NCBI GenBank assembly: GCA_043821705.1
Contig: JBDRCN010000045.1
Coordinates: 22,400 to 86,399 of the forward strand
Length of the DNA: 64,000 nucleotides
Reading direction: 5' to 3'
Origin: Candidatus Omnitrophota bacterium
Lineage (GTDB): Bacteria; Omnitrophota; Gorgyraeia; Gorgyraeales; Gorgyraeaceae
The translations under genes and the position numbers were made by a program. The notes below the pieces were generated by a model. The model was not told the DNA's origin. It worked only from the letters and a program-made list of their open reading frames with translations, and ran no database searches. Positions 1 through 15,000 of the stretch are shown in pieces (within the stretch, counting starts at the first letter, position 1; the number at the start of each line of letters is the position of its first letter).

Positions 1-3000
1 ATCTAACTCTACATTAAATGTACCCATAAAACTGCCGGCTGTATTAAAAACTGAGACTATATATTCTTTAAATATAGTGGAAGGATCCGGAAGAATATCC
101 ACGTTATTAACGTAATCAAGTATTATATCACCCTCTGAAACCTCAAAGTTTGGATCTTTTACTAAGCTTTCCCGAGATAATTTATCATTATCTTTATTCT
201 CCAAAAGCACTTCCTCTAATTTTTCTGCTACTTCCTGATTGCGCTTACCTCTTCCGTGCGGTATATTCCCTATAAAAATAGCACCTCCAAATTTTTCATA
301 ATATGTCCTTATATCCTCCATTTGGTCATTTATAACCTTATTCCCTCCGCAAGAAGCCACCACTACGATCGCTACACTTCTTAGATTCTTTGTATAATTC
401 AGGTAACCTATGCTATTCCCGGTATGTACTCTTGGCATAAATACATCTATAGGGATGCGTTTTTCTTCAGGAACCGGCCTTCCATTATAAGTTATTCCAT
501 TATCAAAATAATACTGAATCGTAGGTACATAATCCGTAAGAACAAAAATCTCTTGGATTCCTCCAACTGTTCTTCTTACAATATACTTTCTTCCTTTTTC
601 TATCTCTACTTTTTCCACATTGTATCTTAAATCTCTATACTTACTAGCGGCGATATCTATCCAAGGTTCCAATGGCCCACGGTCAAATACAATCAGCATC
701 GTCAGCTTCTTATCACTAAATATATCTTCTGTTGGAACCATTTTTTCTTTTATCCCCATATCCTTTATAGCATTAGACATGTCTATAGCATCTTGCGTGA
801 TAAATCTGCCGTCAAACCTTGCAAAAATAGATGCAATCGAAGCTACAGGTATAGGATCGCCTGTTCTTTTATACTCTTTATAGTATTTTTTATATTTAGA
901 AACAATGACCTTTTCTATTTCCCTCTGATAACTATCTGGGACATTATCGCTAAATATAAGATCAAGCGGCCTTTTGAGCCTATTCACATTGGCAGCTATT
1001 TTTTCCATGTCATCTAACGGCCTTTCTATGGGTGAAATAAAATACTCTTCATTCTTATCAAATACTTCTACGAAATGGCCATAGTCCAACAAGCTCATAA
1101 GAAAATCATAAGAGTATGCCCTATTTGGATCAATAGTATTATCTTGGAAAAAGCCCTGATTATCTTTTATGTGTTTTTCGTATACTGCTTCAATGGTTGT
1201 TGGGTAAAGGTGGTCTTTGCCTAGCGCCATTAAATAATACGCAGAATTATTGCTAAGATTTTTTACAAAGGTTTCTCTTATGTTATCGCTTTCATGCTCA
1301 GTTAATGTAAACTGCCTGACATGTAAAACATTCATCCATATAGATATCTTTTCTAAAACCTTTCTTAAATCAATTTCTTTAATATCCTGGGCGTTTTTAG
1401 TGAATTCATTTAGTCTTACAGCAATCTCTTTACCAAGCTGGGCTTCATTTCTGCACTTTTTTAAATCAATACCCAATGTTGCTATTAAATAGTACATATC
1501 AGGAAACGTAAAACGTTCTAACTGAGAGCCCATATAAGACTGTAGTTGGATATTATCAATATCAGTTAAAGTTAAATTGCTGTATTTTACTATCAGGTAA
1601 TGGCCTTTCGTAGGGAAGGACTTTACGTCTTTAAAAAACTCTGGATTGGTCTTATAAAAATCTACTATTAAATTCGATAAATAGTGTTGTGAACGCCTTA
1701 GATCTACTATGGTTTCATCCCCTAAAGTAGCTATACAAGCCTTAAATATATATTTTTTATCTTCTTCTAGTAATCCTTGAATATTATTAATAGATTTCAC
1801 CCTGTGAAATGCAATAACTGATCCATAATCACCTTTTTTAATGTTTGATATTGCTGCCCTGACAAAATCTTCGGCTAAATCATCCTTCTTTAACTCTAAT
1901 GCATATATAATTCCAGATGAATGATCAGGATCATATTTAAAAAGATCTATAGTAGCATTCACAATTATTTCTTTTACTTCTTTATTTAATTCCATATTTT
2001 GTCTTTTAAACTTCTGCAGCACCTCTTTCAATTTAGACAAACTTTTTATATTAGCTATAATGGATTTAAAAACAACTATCTTTTCTTTCTGAGATATTTC
2101 GATATTAGACAAATTTAGGATCAAAAGAGCTGTTTCAGGATCTTTATTATTACATAAGCCCACAACAGTCTTTGTAACCATATTCTTAGTCCTAGAGTCG
2201 AACCCGCCTGATTGAATAGTCTCATTTTCAAAAAGGGCTATTATAGCTTTTGTATCTCCAGTTTTACTTATACCTCTTATGATTTTATTCTTTTCCTCTG
2301 ATGTTATATCTCCTAGATCTATATCAGGCAATATTCCATATATCCAGTAGGATCCCTCAGTAGTCTCTTTCGAAGTATTCAATATATCTATAAAGGTAAA
2401 TAGCAGATCTATTTTTTCTTCTGGGCCAAGTTCATTATAAATCCGCTTCAAGATAAGAAATACGCCTTTTGTTGCTTTATCCGTAGATGTGCTCTTTAAA
2501 AAACGCATAGAAACTGAATAAAGCCTCTTTCTAAGAGGTTCCGGCATTGTGCCTAAATCATATTTTGCGTTAATAGACGATAATGCTAATTCATAAGTTC
2601 CATTAGTTAAATTAGGGGCCTCTAGGATCTCTAGCATAGATAAAACTATTTTTTCTCTATTTGATTTTATATGAGCAATATTCTGCATAATTTTATCAAA
2701 CACGTCTTCATTTAATCCTTCATCACCCTGCCGTACACTAGACAAGGCTGTTAGAATATCTGCATCAAGATTCTCAGAAGCATTTGTTATACGAACATAT
2801 TTTCTTATCTGACTTATGGTATAAAGCTTTCTATTGTCGATCTTCGGATTATTTAACGCAGCTCTAAGATTGGATATAAGATCTCCTTTCATCTGGTTAG
2901 TAATCATATGTTTACTAGCTCCGTAGAAAATCTCTCGCAGGGCAACTATTAAAACACTTCCCAGTGCAGCATACTGAATACTAGAAATATTTGTATTTTC

Positions 3001-6000
3001 AAGGCCCTTGATCATAGTTGATATCATATCCGTATCTATTATTTTCTTATTTTCAATTAGGCTATTTATAAGAAGATTGCCTGCTGTCTTATAGAAATCA
3101 TCGCTTCTTCTTCTATCGCTAGCTAATTCATTTACTATAGCTTTTATCGCGACTTTGTTGTTCTTCAGATTGTCTCTACCAGTAATTTTATTTCCGGTAA
3201 CTATTGCTACGACGCCTACGGTGAGATTTCTGTTAATATCCTCTAAGATAACAACTGTTTGTACGTTACCACGGTCTTCAATAATGCAATTTTTGCCTTC
3301 TTTTAGAATTATTTCTTCTCCAGTTTTACTATCTTTAAGTTCTATTATCTCAGTTTCAATATCAACTGCTCCGTCATTAAGATTTGCTGTAGCATACCCT
3401 ATCACTCCAGAAACAATATAATTCCCAAGCTCATCATCTATTTGAGGCTGTGTTTCGTCAGGGATTAGGGAGCCAGTGTCTTTTTCTTCATCTAGTTCAT
3501 TAAGTTTTTCTTCTATCTCTATCTTTTTCTTCTTAAAAAATTCTTTAGCCGCATCTGAGGATTCATTATCATCAATAGCTTCATTTATTATCTCAAGAGC
3601 TTTATTGTAATTCTCTTTTGTTTCTTCGCTACCAATCTTATTTAGTTTCTCCAGATATTTAGCTCTATGTTTCAATTGTTCTTTAAATACTTCTATAAAG
3701 ACTTTTCCTTTTTCTTCAATTTTACTAATAGCCTCTCTAGTCTCTTCATTGTATAGATCCTTTAATTCTTCAAATTCTTCATGGCCTTCCTGTATTAATA
3801 GATATTCATAACCTAGATCCTTTTGATATAAGCTAAATCCAAAAGCAACTACTTTATTAGTCTTATCTGTTGCAACATAAAAAACACTCTTCTCTCTAAT
3901 GATGTAGTTTACGCCACCACCCTTTTCATCTATCAAATATACCTCTGGGTCACTTAATGGAGCATAACCATCTTCTTCAGAATAAAAATATGCACTATTA
4001 TCTACTCCAACTTTATCCATATCCCATGAAAAGAGATTATCGCTACAATAACGGAATAATCCAAAAAGCGCAGTATAGCTTTCAATTTTTCTATCACCAT
4101 ATAGCCAATGATGATCACCTTTTTCATCTTTTAATGGACTTGATTCTATCAGAACAGGTCCTTTTTCTAATATTTTATCTAATTTTTTCTTTAGAAGTCT
4201 TTCTTCTGGTAATGTTTTGACTCTTTTTATCATCTCGCCTTTAGGCTGCTGTAATTTTTCAATGTCCTCTTTTGTTATTTCTTTATCCAATAATTTTTCT
4301 ACCAACTCTTTGCTTGTGTAATCTTCAACCGGTTTTCCTTCCATAACAGGAACTATCGTATTGTAATATTTTGGATAGTTGACAGGATCTCTGCCTTGCA
4401 AATATAGAATATCTTTAAACTGTTCCAGAGGCAATTTTTTAATATTCTCAGCGCCATCAAGTCCTATGGAATCATAATAAGTGACCTCATTTGTCTCTTT
4501 GCTAAACGATGTGATATGGACTGAATGAGGTCCATGGTTATCAATTATCAGTATCATGCCGTATTTTTGGATATTCGTGTCCGCAAGCCTCTCCTCAAGG
4601 GTCACCCTTCCCTTTTCCTTGTATGAAAGGGTTTCTTCCATTTCGAACCTTACATCACTGCCGTAAAGCTCTGCCTGCTGGTTCATATAATCCCTCAGCT
4701 TATCAAAGGGAAATAAACTTTGATCGGAAGAATAAGTTATATTTGCTGCATAAATATCAATATCTCCATATGTACTTAGCCCGTTGTTTTTTTCAACATC
4801 CTTTAAAATACCAATCTTATCGAACATTGAGAGTGCAGCAAATATTGTGCAAGGTAAAGACAGGTCAAAAGGACCTTGCGCATTATAATGAATATTTGGA
4901 TATTTTGTATCATTTGACGGTTCCGCCTCAGTGGGTGGATCGTATACTGTCGGCCTTGTTTGTTCATCTCCTTTGGTCTGGTGTTGGACTAGGATATTAT
5001 TGATTGCTTCTCCTAGGCGAACTATCTTCACATCATATTTCCCATCCTCATTAAGCGTAAGTTCTAGCCTGTCTTCTTTCTTAAGAGGTTCTTTTTCTCC
5101 TGGTATATAGACTCTGTCTTTTCCGATTTTATATACTAATTTTCCATTTATAGATTCTTTATCTAGTTTTATTACATCATCTCCTATTATAAGCTCTCTG
5201 GCTTCTTCGTTAGAAGCAAGGCTAAGGACTTTTATACCCTTATCTACAGTGCCACTCATATCAGCCAGGCTTATGCCAGAGATAGTGGCAGTGAGATCGT
5301 TAGAAGGCGCAGTAAATGCTATTTTATATATTGACTCTTTATCCGGGGTGATCTCTATGCCATTTCTTGCTTCAAATACCACTTCACCATCTTCATCTAA
5401 TATGTCTTTTTTGACTGTAATAGTCCTCTTGCCTGTCATCTTATCCCACGTAATCTCAGAATTTGATTCATTGAAGCTAACAGTAATGCCATTCATTCTT
5501 AAATTTATCTCTTTATCTGAGATCATCTTCACTTCTCCCACGCCTCCACCACCAAATGTTACAGGCATATAGCCTTCATCAGGAACAGTTTCAGGTGTAT
5601 AATTATCACCTATAGGCACGCCAGACATAATCTCAGTTCCTAACGACGAAGGAGATTGGATGTTTTGATCTAATTCAGGCCTAGACATTATTGACTCAGT
5701 GTCGCGTTGTTCAGGTTCTTTGCTTTCTGCAATACTGCCTTTTCTAACAACTTCTATACTAAACTTCCCATCACCTTTAGGAGTTAGTTCTAACTGATTT
5801 CCACGATAAACCTTGACTTGTCCTAATATATTTATTCCTTCTTCTGGGATGTTTTTGAAGGTAAGTATTATAGACCCATCAGCTTGCGGCTCGCTTAGAT
5901 CTACCTTATCTCCTATAATAAATGCCTGGGCTTCGCCATTAGAAAGGGTAAAGGTAATCTCTTTTACTCCAAAGAAACTCTCTACATCATCTATATCAGC

Positions 6001-9000
6001 AAGGCTTATACCTGATATAGTAGCTGTAATGCCAGTAGGGTAGGAATGTTGAGGAAATGGGAAGGTTTGGCCTGAGTCGGGTTCTGGGATTATTAGACCA
6101 GTGTCGGAGTTTTTCTTAGGCTGGCCTTCTTTTTTATCTGTACTTACAGGGATAAGCTTCATCTTCTTTATATTAATAGTGCAATCTGGTTCATTTAATA
6201 ATATTTCATTTTCCCCATACCTTTTTCCTGTGTACATTTTTATCTTAGTGACACTTGTCAAATCTAAGTTTGAAGGCATATATATCTTTTTAATGCCATC
6301 TGTAGATACATCTATTTTAAAAGACGAGTCAAATATTTCCTTTCCATCAGACGTTACGAAGCTAATAGCAATTTCTTTAAGCCTGCCTTTGGATTTAAAG
6401 TTAGTGCCTGACGGTGTTTTTCTCACATCCAATTGCAATTCACACCCAGTAAGGTCTAAAGGCTTATCAAAAACAAAATCAACATAATTATACTCGCTAT
6501 ATATTCCGCCTGCTGAATAATATTGGCTTACTCCATCAATAAATATATTCATCCTGCCTACTGCTGATACGATAGATCCTATATTTCTCATTGTTGCTTT
6601 TTCAATAAAGATAAGTGGCGCTACATTTTTAATGGTTGATTCACATCTTAAAAGCCATTTATCCTTTTTATCCTTACATTCGTAACTCGCAATCAACGTA
6701 TATCTAAAATCTTTTCCTCCAGCTTTTGCGCGTGTTTTATTAACTAAATCTAGCACACTCTTTTTCATCATAGGATGCGGCAGCTTCTTAACTTGTTCTC
6801 CAATTTCTTTAAGAGAGCCTGTAAATATTTTCTGCTCAGGAATAATAGAGCATTTACTATAAAATCTCCAGGAATAAAAAGTATCTGGATGTTTTTCTAA
6901 CTCTTTCTTTGCTCGCAATGTCAAATCATACTTAAGATTTTCTCTTGAAAATGCAAAACTAATAGAAACGTATCTAAAAAAGTAGTGTCGCAACAATGGG
7001 CTTTTTATTTTCTTAGCCTGCTCTTTTATCTCGGTAATAGTGCCTATAAATCTCTCTTCAGGAATCTCTAACTCATTTAACCATCCTCTTTGCCTTTTCT
7101 TAAAATCCATACCAATTTCTTCTGGTGCTTCTGCTATTTTATATCCTGCATTTCTTAGCTCAAATTTAACCCAACCTTCAGACATACCATAGCTACCATC
7201 ACGACCACTACTCTCTTGAATATTGTTAGGACAACCTTTATCCAGTGTCATGATGCCAAATTCATATTTAATGCCTTCTTCTGCATTGTAAAATAGGCGT
7301 TTACTAACTTTATAATAATCTAAATATTCTTTAGCATATTGTCGCATTCTTGAATCCTCTAATGCCTCTATTTTTACCCTAAGTTCTGCGAGCGTACCTG
7401 TAAGTTTCAGCGGCTTAGGTGGCAATTCTTTCATCTCTACCTGCCAAGATTCTCCTGGCATCTCCTTTACAAATTTCACGGTTAAAATATACTCTACACC
7501 TTCCTGCAGTTTTGGTAGATTTTTCTCAAATTCTTCTTTAGCTACTTTTTTGATTTCTGCATCTTCTGTATTGCCTATTTCATGTTTAATCTCAGAATAT
7601 GAACCTCGAAACTCTGTTTCTATATCTTTTGAACTGCTTAATAAATCCTTTGCCAGTATTTGTTCAGTAAAAATCTCTATCGGGTCCTCTTCTAGCTCCT
7701 CTTCTAGCTCCATTGATATATCTTTAACTAATTTATCTTTCTGCAGTTGCGTGATTGATTTTATTTCTTCCGGCTCTAAAACCCCTTTTCTTGTTTTGCC
7801 TTTACCTTTGCTGGGAAAAAGGCTTATTTTCTCACCAGAGCTATATTCTCGCCCGTCAAGAGTTATGTCTTTTAAGAAAGTAACGATCCTTTCTCCATCT
7901 TCATCTCTATTGCCTATATCTACATCAATACCATTATAGAGCTTTACCTTTGTCATATCTTCTAGCTCTCTTAAAAGGTAAAAAGGTTTTTTATTTTTTA
8001 AGACTGTATTATATATATATTTAATTGGCTCTGGAGGTAAGTATGAATGCTTTGGTTCTTCTTCAGGTTCTGGGGCAGCGTGTTTTTCTAACTTTCTATC
8101 TTTACTTTCTTCTAAAATCTTCTGGGGTTTTTGTGGTTCTTCTTTTTTCTCAGAATCTCCATCGATAATATTATTCCAATAATTATGGTCCATCCAGATC
8201 TTGCCGTTTTCATCCATTGACCACTTGGCGTAATATTCATATCCATCATCATATAACTCCTCTAACTCTTCTTCTGTATAGAGACGCGTAAATCTATATG
8301 TCTCTAAATCTAACTTACAGCTTGTCATTCTTTCTACCTTTGCAAGCAATACTTTACTCTTTTTGCATTTTTCCAAAATTTCCGAAAATAGAGGATATGA
8401 AAAATTGAATAAAGATTCTGCAATAGCTGCTTGATCTTCTTTAAAACTACCTTGTCCATGCCCTCCTGCACAATCCTCAAGCTCTAGGCTCTCCGGCCAG
8501 CTAGAATCATCATTTGTCCATATATAAGGTATATAATCGTCATTAAAGTCCATAATGTGGAAAAGTTCGTGATGAAAATACTGATAATTGGAAAGAGTCA
8601 TTGTTGTAGGCCAAAAACGTGACTTAATATAATTTGTTACTTCTTGATTACTACTATGCCCTACATATTTAGGATTTATTGCTATCTTCTTAAAATTTGA
8701 ATTTTTTAAGAAAATCTTTGGATATCTAAGAAGCTGCTCTTTTACAGCATGAACCTTTTGGTATAAATATTCTAATCTTATCTCATCTCTTCCAGGTGTA
8801 GTACGATCTGTCTTAAGCCATTCATCTATTGCCTCAAAATCTAATTCATCAGAAATACCCAATAGAGAAACTTCTATCCCGAGATTTTCAATATCAAGTA
8901 CCTGAAGATAAATCTCTTCTTTAAAGTAATTCAATCTAGCCTTTTCTTCCTTGTCGCTACCTCTAATCACTTCTACGCTATACTTCCCATCATCTTTAAG

Positions 9001-12000
9001 GGTTAATTTTAGCTGATTTTCAGGATAGAACGTGCCTAAACCTAATATATTTACCCCATTTTCTCTGAAGGTAACTATTATTGTCCCATCAGCTTGCGGC
9101 TCGCTCACATCTACCTTATCTCCTATAATAAATGCCTGGGCTTCGTTGTTATAGGTAAAGGTAATCTCTTTTACTCCAAAGAAACTCTCTACATCATCTA
9201 TATCAGCAAGGCTTATACCTGATATTTCAGCTTCGACGGATGTTAGATCAGTAGAAGGTAAATCTATTCTATCAGCGTCTTTTTCAGGCATTAGTGAGCC
9301 AGTGTCAGGCTGCTCTTTTTTCACAAACTCTTTAAGCTGCCAGATAAGTTTGATAAGTGTCTTCTGCGTTAGACCTTCATCCGAAGAGGCTGCCTTATCA
9401 ATCTTGTCTTGTATAAATCCAAATGCCTCTAAACCAAATGCCTTTATAAATAACTCTCTATTAGTCCAATCATCGCTTAAAATTTCTAACGGATTTGGAG
9501 AAATAAGCATCAGCATTGAAATATAAGCTGGAATATAAACACCTTTATAAACCTTAGAAATTCTATATGGCGAATATCTAATAAGATCTTTAGTCTCATA
9601 ATATTTTGCATCATCTATCTTGCTCTTTTTGACCCAGACCTTTTTTCCTTTTTTCCCATTGACTACTTTATTGGCCGATATATAGCCCTTAGACCACTTG
9701 GCTTTTACAGCTGTATTTGGTACAAGGCTATATTTTTTACCATCAAAAACAATCGTATAATATCTGCTAAGATCAACTTTAATGGGAGATAATGGTTGAG
9801 TAAAATCTTTGTTAGCTGTACGATATTTTACTTTTTTCTCTTTGGCAAACTTTGTATTATCAATACTTTTCTGTATTCTATATTCCTCAAATCTTCTTTT
9901 GATGTCTTTAGGACTAGGTAGTTTACCTTTCATTAATTTTCTTAATTCTTTTAACTCTTTCCTTTCGCTTCCTTTAATTTCTCTATATTCTAAGAGTTTA
10001 TCTATCTTTTTAAGTGCTTCTTGCTTTATTGGGTATCTTTTTCCTAATAACGTATCAAATATACCGAGATCATTGATTTCTTTTATTAAGCCGTTTATCT
10101 TTGCTTTTAATATAGCAATCTCGGCTTTTGTCTTATATTTTTTCAAGTCTTTTTTCTCATCTGCGCTTATCGTTTTATTATTCAACCTTTCTTCTATTAT
10201 CTTAGATGCCCTCTTATACGCATTAGCTGCCTCTTTATAATCCAGACCTGTAGCGTTTAACTTTGCTTCGTTATAACATTTATTAATTTCTTCAATTACT
10301 ATATTTCTTTCTATAATATCTTTTTCTTTTTTCAATTTTACAGCTTCATCTATAGTTATATTTTTGCTATTTAATCTGCGTTTTATTCTCTCAAGAGTTT
10401 TCCTATACGCATCGACTAAGGTTACGGATGAAGTATCCTTTGAAGTCAAATAAGATTTAATGTCTTCGTAATGAGTTTCTGAACTTAGAGAAGACCTCCA
10501 TTCCATACTAATTCCGTTAAACTCACCATTGTCACCTCTTGCAGATATGATACTAAGATCATATTCAGCATCTATAATATTAAGGTGTTTGTAGAAATGT
10601 TCAAAAAATAAGGCTCGTATAAGTGGGCTTTTTATCTTTTTTGCTTTAGCTTTAATTTCTGAGAAGGTCCCAGTAAGCTCTATTTTGTCTGGAATATTTG
10701 TTTCGTTAATCCATCTCAGCTGTGTATATTTAAATCCTATATCACATGGCTCCGTAGGTTCTAAGATCATCGACGGGCTACCATGACTATTAAGCCATTG
10801 GACTTTGCTCCTTTCCCATTCTTCATTACTATACCAAGGGGTAAAATCAGGGCCTGGAGAATCTATTGCTTTTCCTTTTAGATCTAGATTTAATCCTATC
10901 AATATGCCAATAGTGTATGTTACGCCTGCTTCAAGTAGTGGTCTAATCTCTTTAAGACAGTGATCCAATGTTTCCTCAGCATACTCTTTCACTCTCGGGT
11001 CTTGTATATTCTCTATCTTGACCCTAAGTTCGGAAAGTGTACCTGTTAACTTCAATGTCTGCGGCGGGATTTCTTTCATCTCTACTTGCCATTCTTCCCC
11101 CTTCATAGTTTTAGTTAATTTTATATCTAGAACATACTCTACGCCCTTTTGTAGCTTGGGTAGCTTCTTATTAAATACCTTTTCAGCTTCCTTTCTCATT
11201 CTTGCATCTTTTATATTATTTATTTTATCTTTAATACTGGAATAGGAGCCTTGAAATCTCCTATTTATACTTCTTACCTTATATCTTACACCATCTTCTG
11301 AACGGATAAGTTCTAACTGAGTACCAGTTGGGAAGAATTCTTTGCCTTGAGGGGTATCTATATAGGTCTCTTTTGTAAATTCTACTGCGATGATTTCCTC
11401 TCCATCCGGGTTATCAACTTCTTTTATGCAATTTGGATATGATTTACCATCTACCTCAATTCCTGTAGAGCCATATATAGTTAATCCATCAACTGATGCT
11501 AGATCTGTAAAGAAGGTGATGTTTATAAGAGGAAGGATTTGTTTAGTGTCAATGTGAGGGTGAGTTTCATCAGGCATTATCGACCCACTGTCGGATTCTT
11601 TAGATTCTTCTTCTCTTAGTAATCTCTTATATGCCTTTATAAACATAACTCCTAAGTTCTTATGAGGTGCTATATAATTACCAAAGGCTCCATTGTGGCC
11701 GAGTCTATCTTCCGCCTTTTCCCAGAACGCTGGCCATGATATATCCTTACCTTTAAGTATCTCAGTATTTAATAGATATAAAAGCGGATCATTTACATAC
11801 ATTGTCCCTGTTCCTTTAGTAGATATAATATGGGCTTGGGGAGTTTTATCTAATATATCTGATATCTCATTATAACCACCGCAGGATCTAAGGACAACTA
11901 GCTCTGCTTCTGGGTTTATTCTCTTAATAGTCTTATTAACATGATAACTATGCCCCATATGGACTTCTATATGGACCTTTTTCCCTTTTAAAGCCTTATC

Positions 12001-15000
12001 TATAGCAGCCTGCCCTTTATCTTCGAATTCTGGTTTATTGACATATAGTTCAATCCTTTTACCATTAGTAGGTCTTGATATTATAAGGGTATAGCTATCT
12101 TTATCTTTAATCTGCCAAGCTTTTTTACCTTTATATTGATTAAGGAGACTATTGTAAGAGGCCTTGCCATCTTCATCATTATAAGAATAGAATCTCTGGA
12201 TGCTCACTTCGTCTTCATTAAATAGGTTCTTAGTAGGTAGTTTTGTAATATCCTGCAGTTTATATTTTTTTGACATCTTTTTAAACCAATCAGTGCTAAG
12301 TACTGCCTTTTCGCTGAAGAGGCCTGATAATAAGCCGTAAATAACTCTTGCCTCTTTATTGTCTTTCTTGAGGACTTTATGGTATTCTTCCTTTATGGTT
12401 TCTTGGAGGACTTTTAAGACTTCTTTATCCTGTATCATGCTAAAGGTATCAGCTATAATTACAGCCTGTGATAGTAAATCTTTATCATCGGACTTAATCC
12501 TTACAAATCGTTTAAGTAAGTGTATCTTTTCATCCTTTGTTACTGTATTCAAGAATTCATTCAATCTATTGTAGCTGGCACATAGTTTAATCATCACTCT
12601 AAACTTATTGTAATCTACCTTTTTAAACAAAGTCTTAGCAGTCAATCCTTCTTTTTTCATTTTATTAAGCATTCTTGTAAATAGGCCATTAAAGGTGGAA
12701 GTAAAGACTTCGTTTTCGCCATAGACCATAAGAGTATAGAGTGTTTCGGAATCAAAAGTTTCTACTGATCTAAAACGTATTGTGTCGGATGAGTCATGTA
12801 GATAGTTTATGTCCCATATCGCTCTAAGACAAATCATTTTTAGGCCATTGGTTATAGAAAAACTTCCTAAATAATCTGGCTGTCTTTTAATTTCAATAAT
12901 ATTTTTAAGTAATAGACTAGGGTCTTTGGCTATATTATAGGCCTTTTCAAAAGACAGGTTATTCTTTACTATCTTATCTAAAAGTAATGTCGTCCAAAGT
13001 GCATCTTCCTGAGATTTCAACGGTACATTTTTAACACCCCAATCATATAGCCCGCACAATTTTTTAACTATAGGATTTTTACTGCGTTTCAATACTTCAA
13101 TAAAATCTGAATTTCTGGTTAAGGTTGCAAATATAAAATCGGTCAGCTGTCCTCTATCGTTTCCTCCAAAAATTAACTTCGACCCTCCATCAATAGCTTC
13201 AAAAGGAGCAAAAATAACCTTGGATTCAAGAAATTCTAGTCCATAAGGTTGATCAATAAATATCTTATAGTGTCTAGATAAATTCTCATTAAAAACATAA
13301 ATAAGATCTAGTATTTCAGGAGCCCAAGACTTGCTTATCCATTTTGCTAAAAATGGTTTTACTATGAAGGTATCGCCTACTATTTTCCCTTCTATGAGCA
13401 TAACTTTAAATATTTCCTTTGCCCAAGGTTTATCAATATATTTATCCATATCTTCCATTGCCCTCTTAGGATCATCTCTAGCTAACTCCATATAATAAGA
13501 TTTTTCTTTTTCAGTATCACGCTCGCTTAAAGATATTCCAGCAGAAGAAGGGCTTAATATGCCTTCGGTAGATGGACTGACAATAAAATCAAAATCTTCA
13601 TCTACAGGAATATCCGACCTGCCTGTAATATCTTTTGTCTTTTGAGGCTCTTTTTCCTTGGCACTACCTCTATCTATTTTATATTTCATCTCTTTTGAAA
13701 CATAAACCTGATATTTTAATTCTGAAATCTCATATGGTGATTTAGCTATATCTTGTTTTTTGATAAGATCTGTCGCGCTATCTATACTAGATTTCTTTAT
13801 AAGTACTCTTTCCTTTATTTTTCCATTAACCATTCTTACACCAAGGACATAAAGGCTTTTATCCTCACTCCATCCATCTAATTCATATTCAACATCATCT
13901 TTATGAATAAGGCTGTGTTTTTGGCCATCATATACAATAATATAGTCTTTGCTGAGGTCTGATTTTATTAGTTCAGTTACCTTATATCCTATTCCATCTT
14001 CTTGAAGTACGAGTCCTAATTGGGTGTATTTGGGGAAAAATTCAGCTTCTATGGTGGTGTCTTTTGTAAATTCTACTATTGTAATTCTACCCTCTGCTCC
14101 TATTCTTGTTTTAACCTCTTTTATACAGTTTGGATATGGTTTACCATCTACCTCAATACCTGTATAGCTATCTATAGGAGTAAGCTTATCAATGGATGCA
14201 AGGTCTACGAAGGGGATGATGTTGGAGAAGGGGAAGATTTGCTCAGTTTCAGGTTGAGGCTGAATGATCCCATCAGGCACCAGTGAGCCACTGTCAGGTT
14301 CTTTTTCAGGTTCTGGGGTTTTCTTTTCTTGTATTCTTTTTAAAACTTCCAATAGTTTAGTATTTGTAGGGGCGCCTTCACTGTCCAATCCCGACCTTGT
14401 CCAAAAATCAATCATATCTCCTAAATTCCCTACTCCTAACACATTTCTATCTTTATCTAAAAATGTTATAATGGGAGTCATGGCTTTCTTAGCACCAAAA
14501 ATAAAAGGCACTAAAGCTGTAACTAAATTTGTACTTTCGGAAGTAAACTCCTCTCCATCAGAAGATGTTACCTTTATACCATCTTTCGTAACTTGATAGA
14601 AAAACTCCTGGCCACTTCCTTCTGGTATAATATACCCTTCGGAAATTATTTCAGAATCTTCTTCTATGCTGGGTTTATCTATAACGTTATAATCATCAAT
14701 TCTATGTAAATAACTAACATTAATATTATCGGTTGAAATGAGATTATTTAATAAAGATCCTCCTATTAAACCTCCTAATATCTTACCTAATTTCAAAGAA
14801 ATGCCTGCTTCAATACGATCAAGAGTATGGCCATCTCCGTCCGGCTGCCAAAATTCCCCGATTTTCATAAAATTGAAATTTGCTTCACCGTAATCAGTAT
14901 TTAAAGATATGCCTCCACCCCATTGGTACTGATCCTCGGGATCTATGGAATAATTAAGCCCGCTTGATGTAAATGGTGTACGCCCCCATGCATTAGCTTT

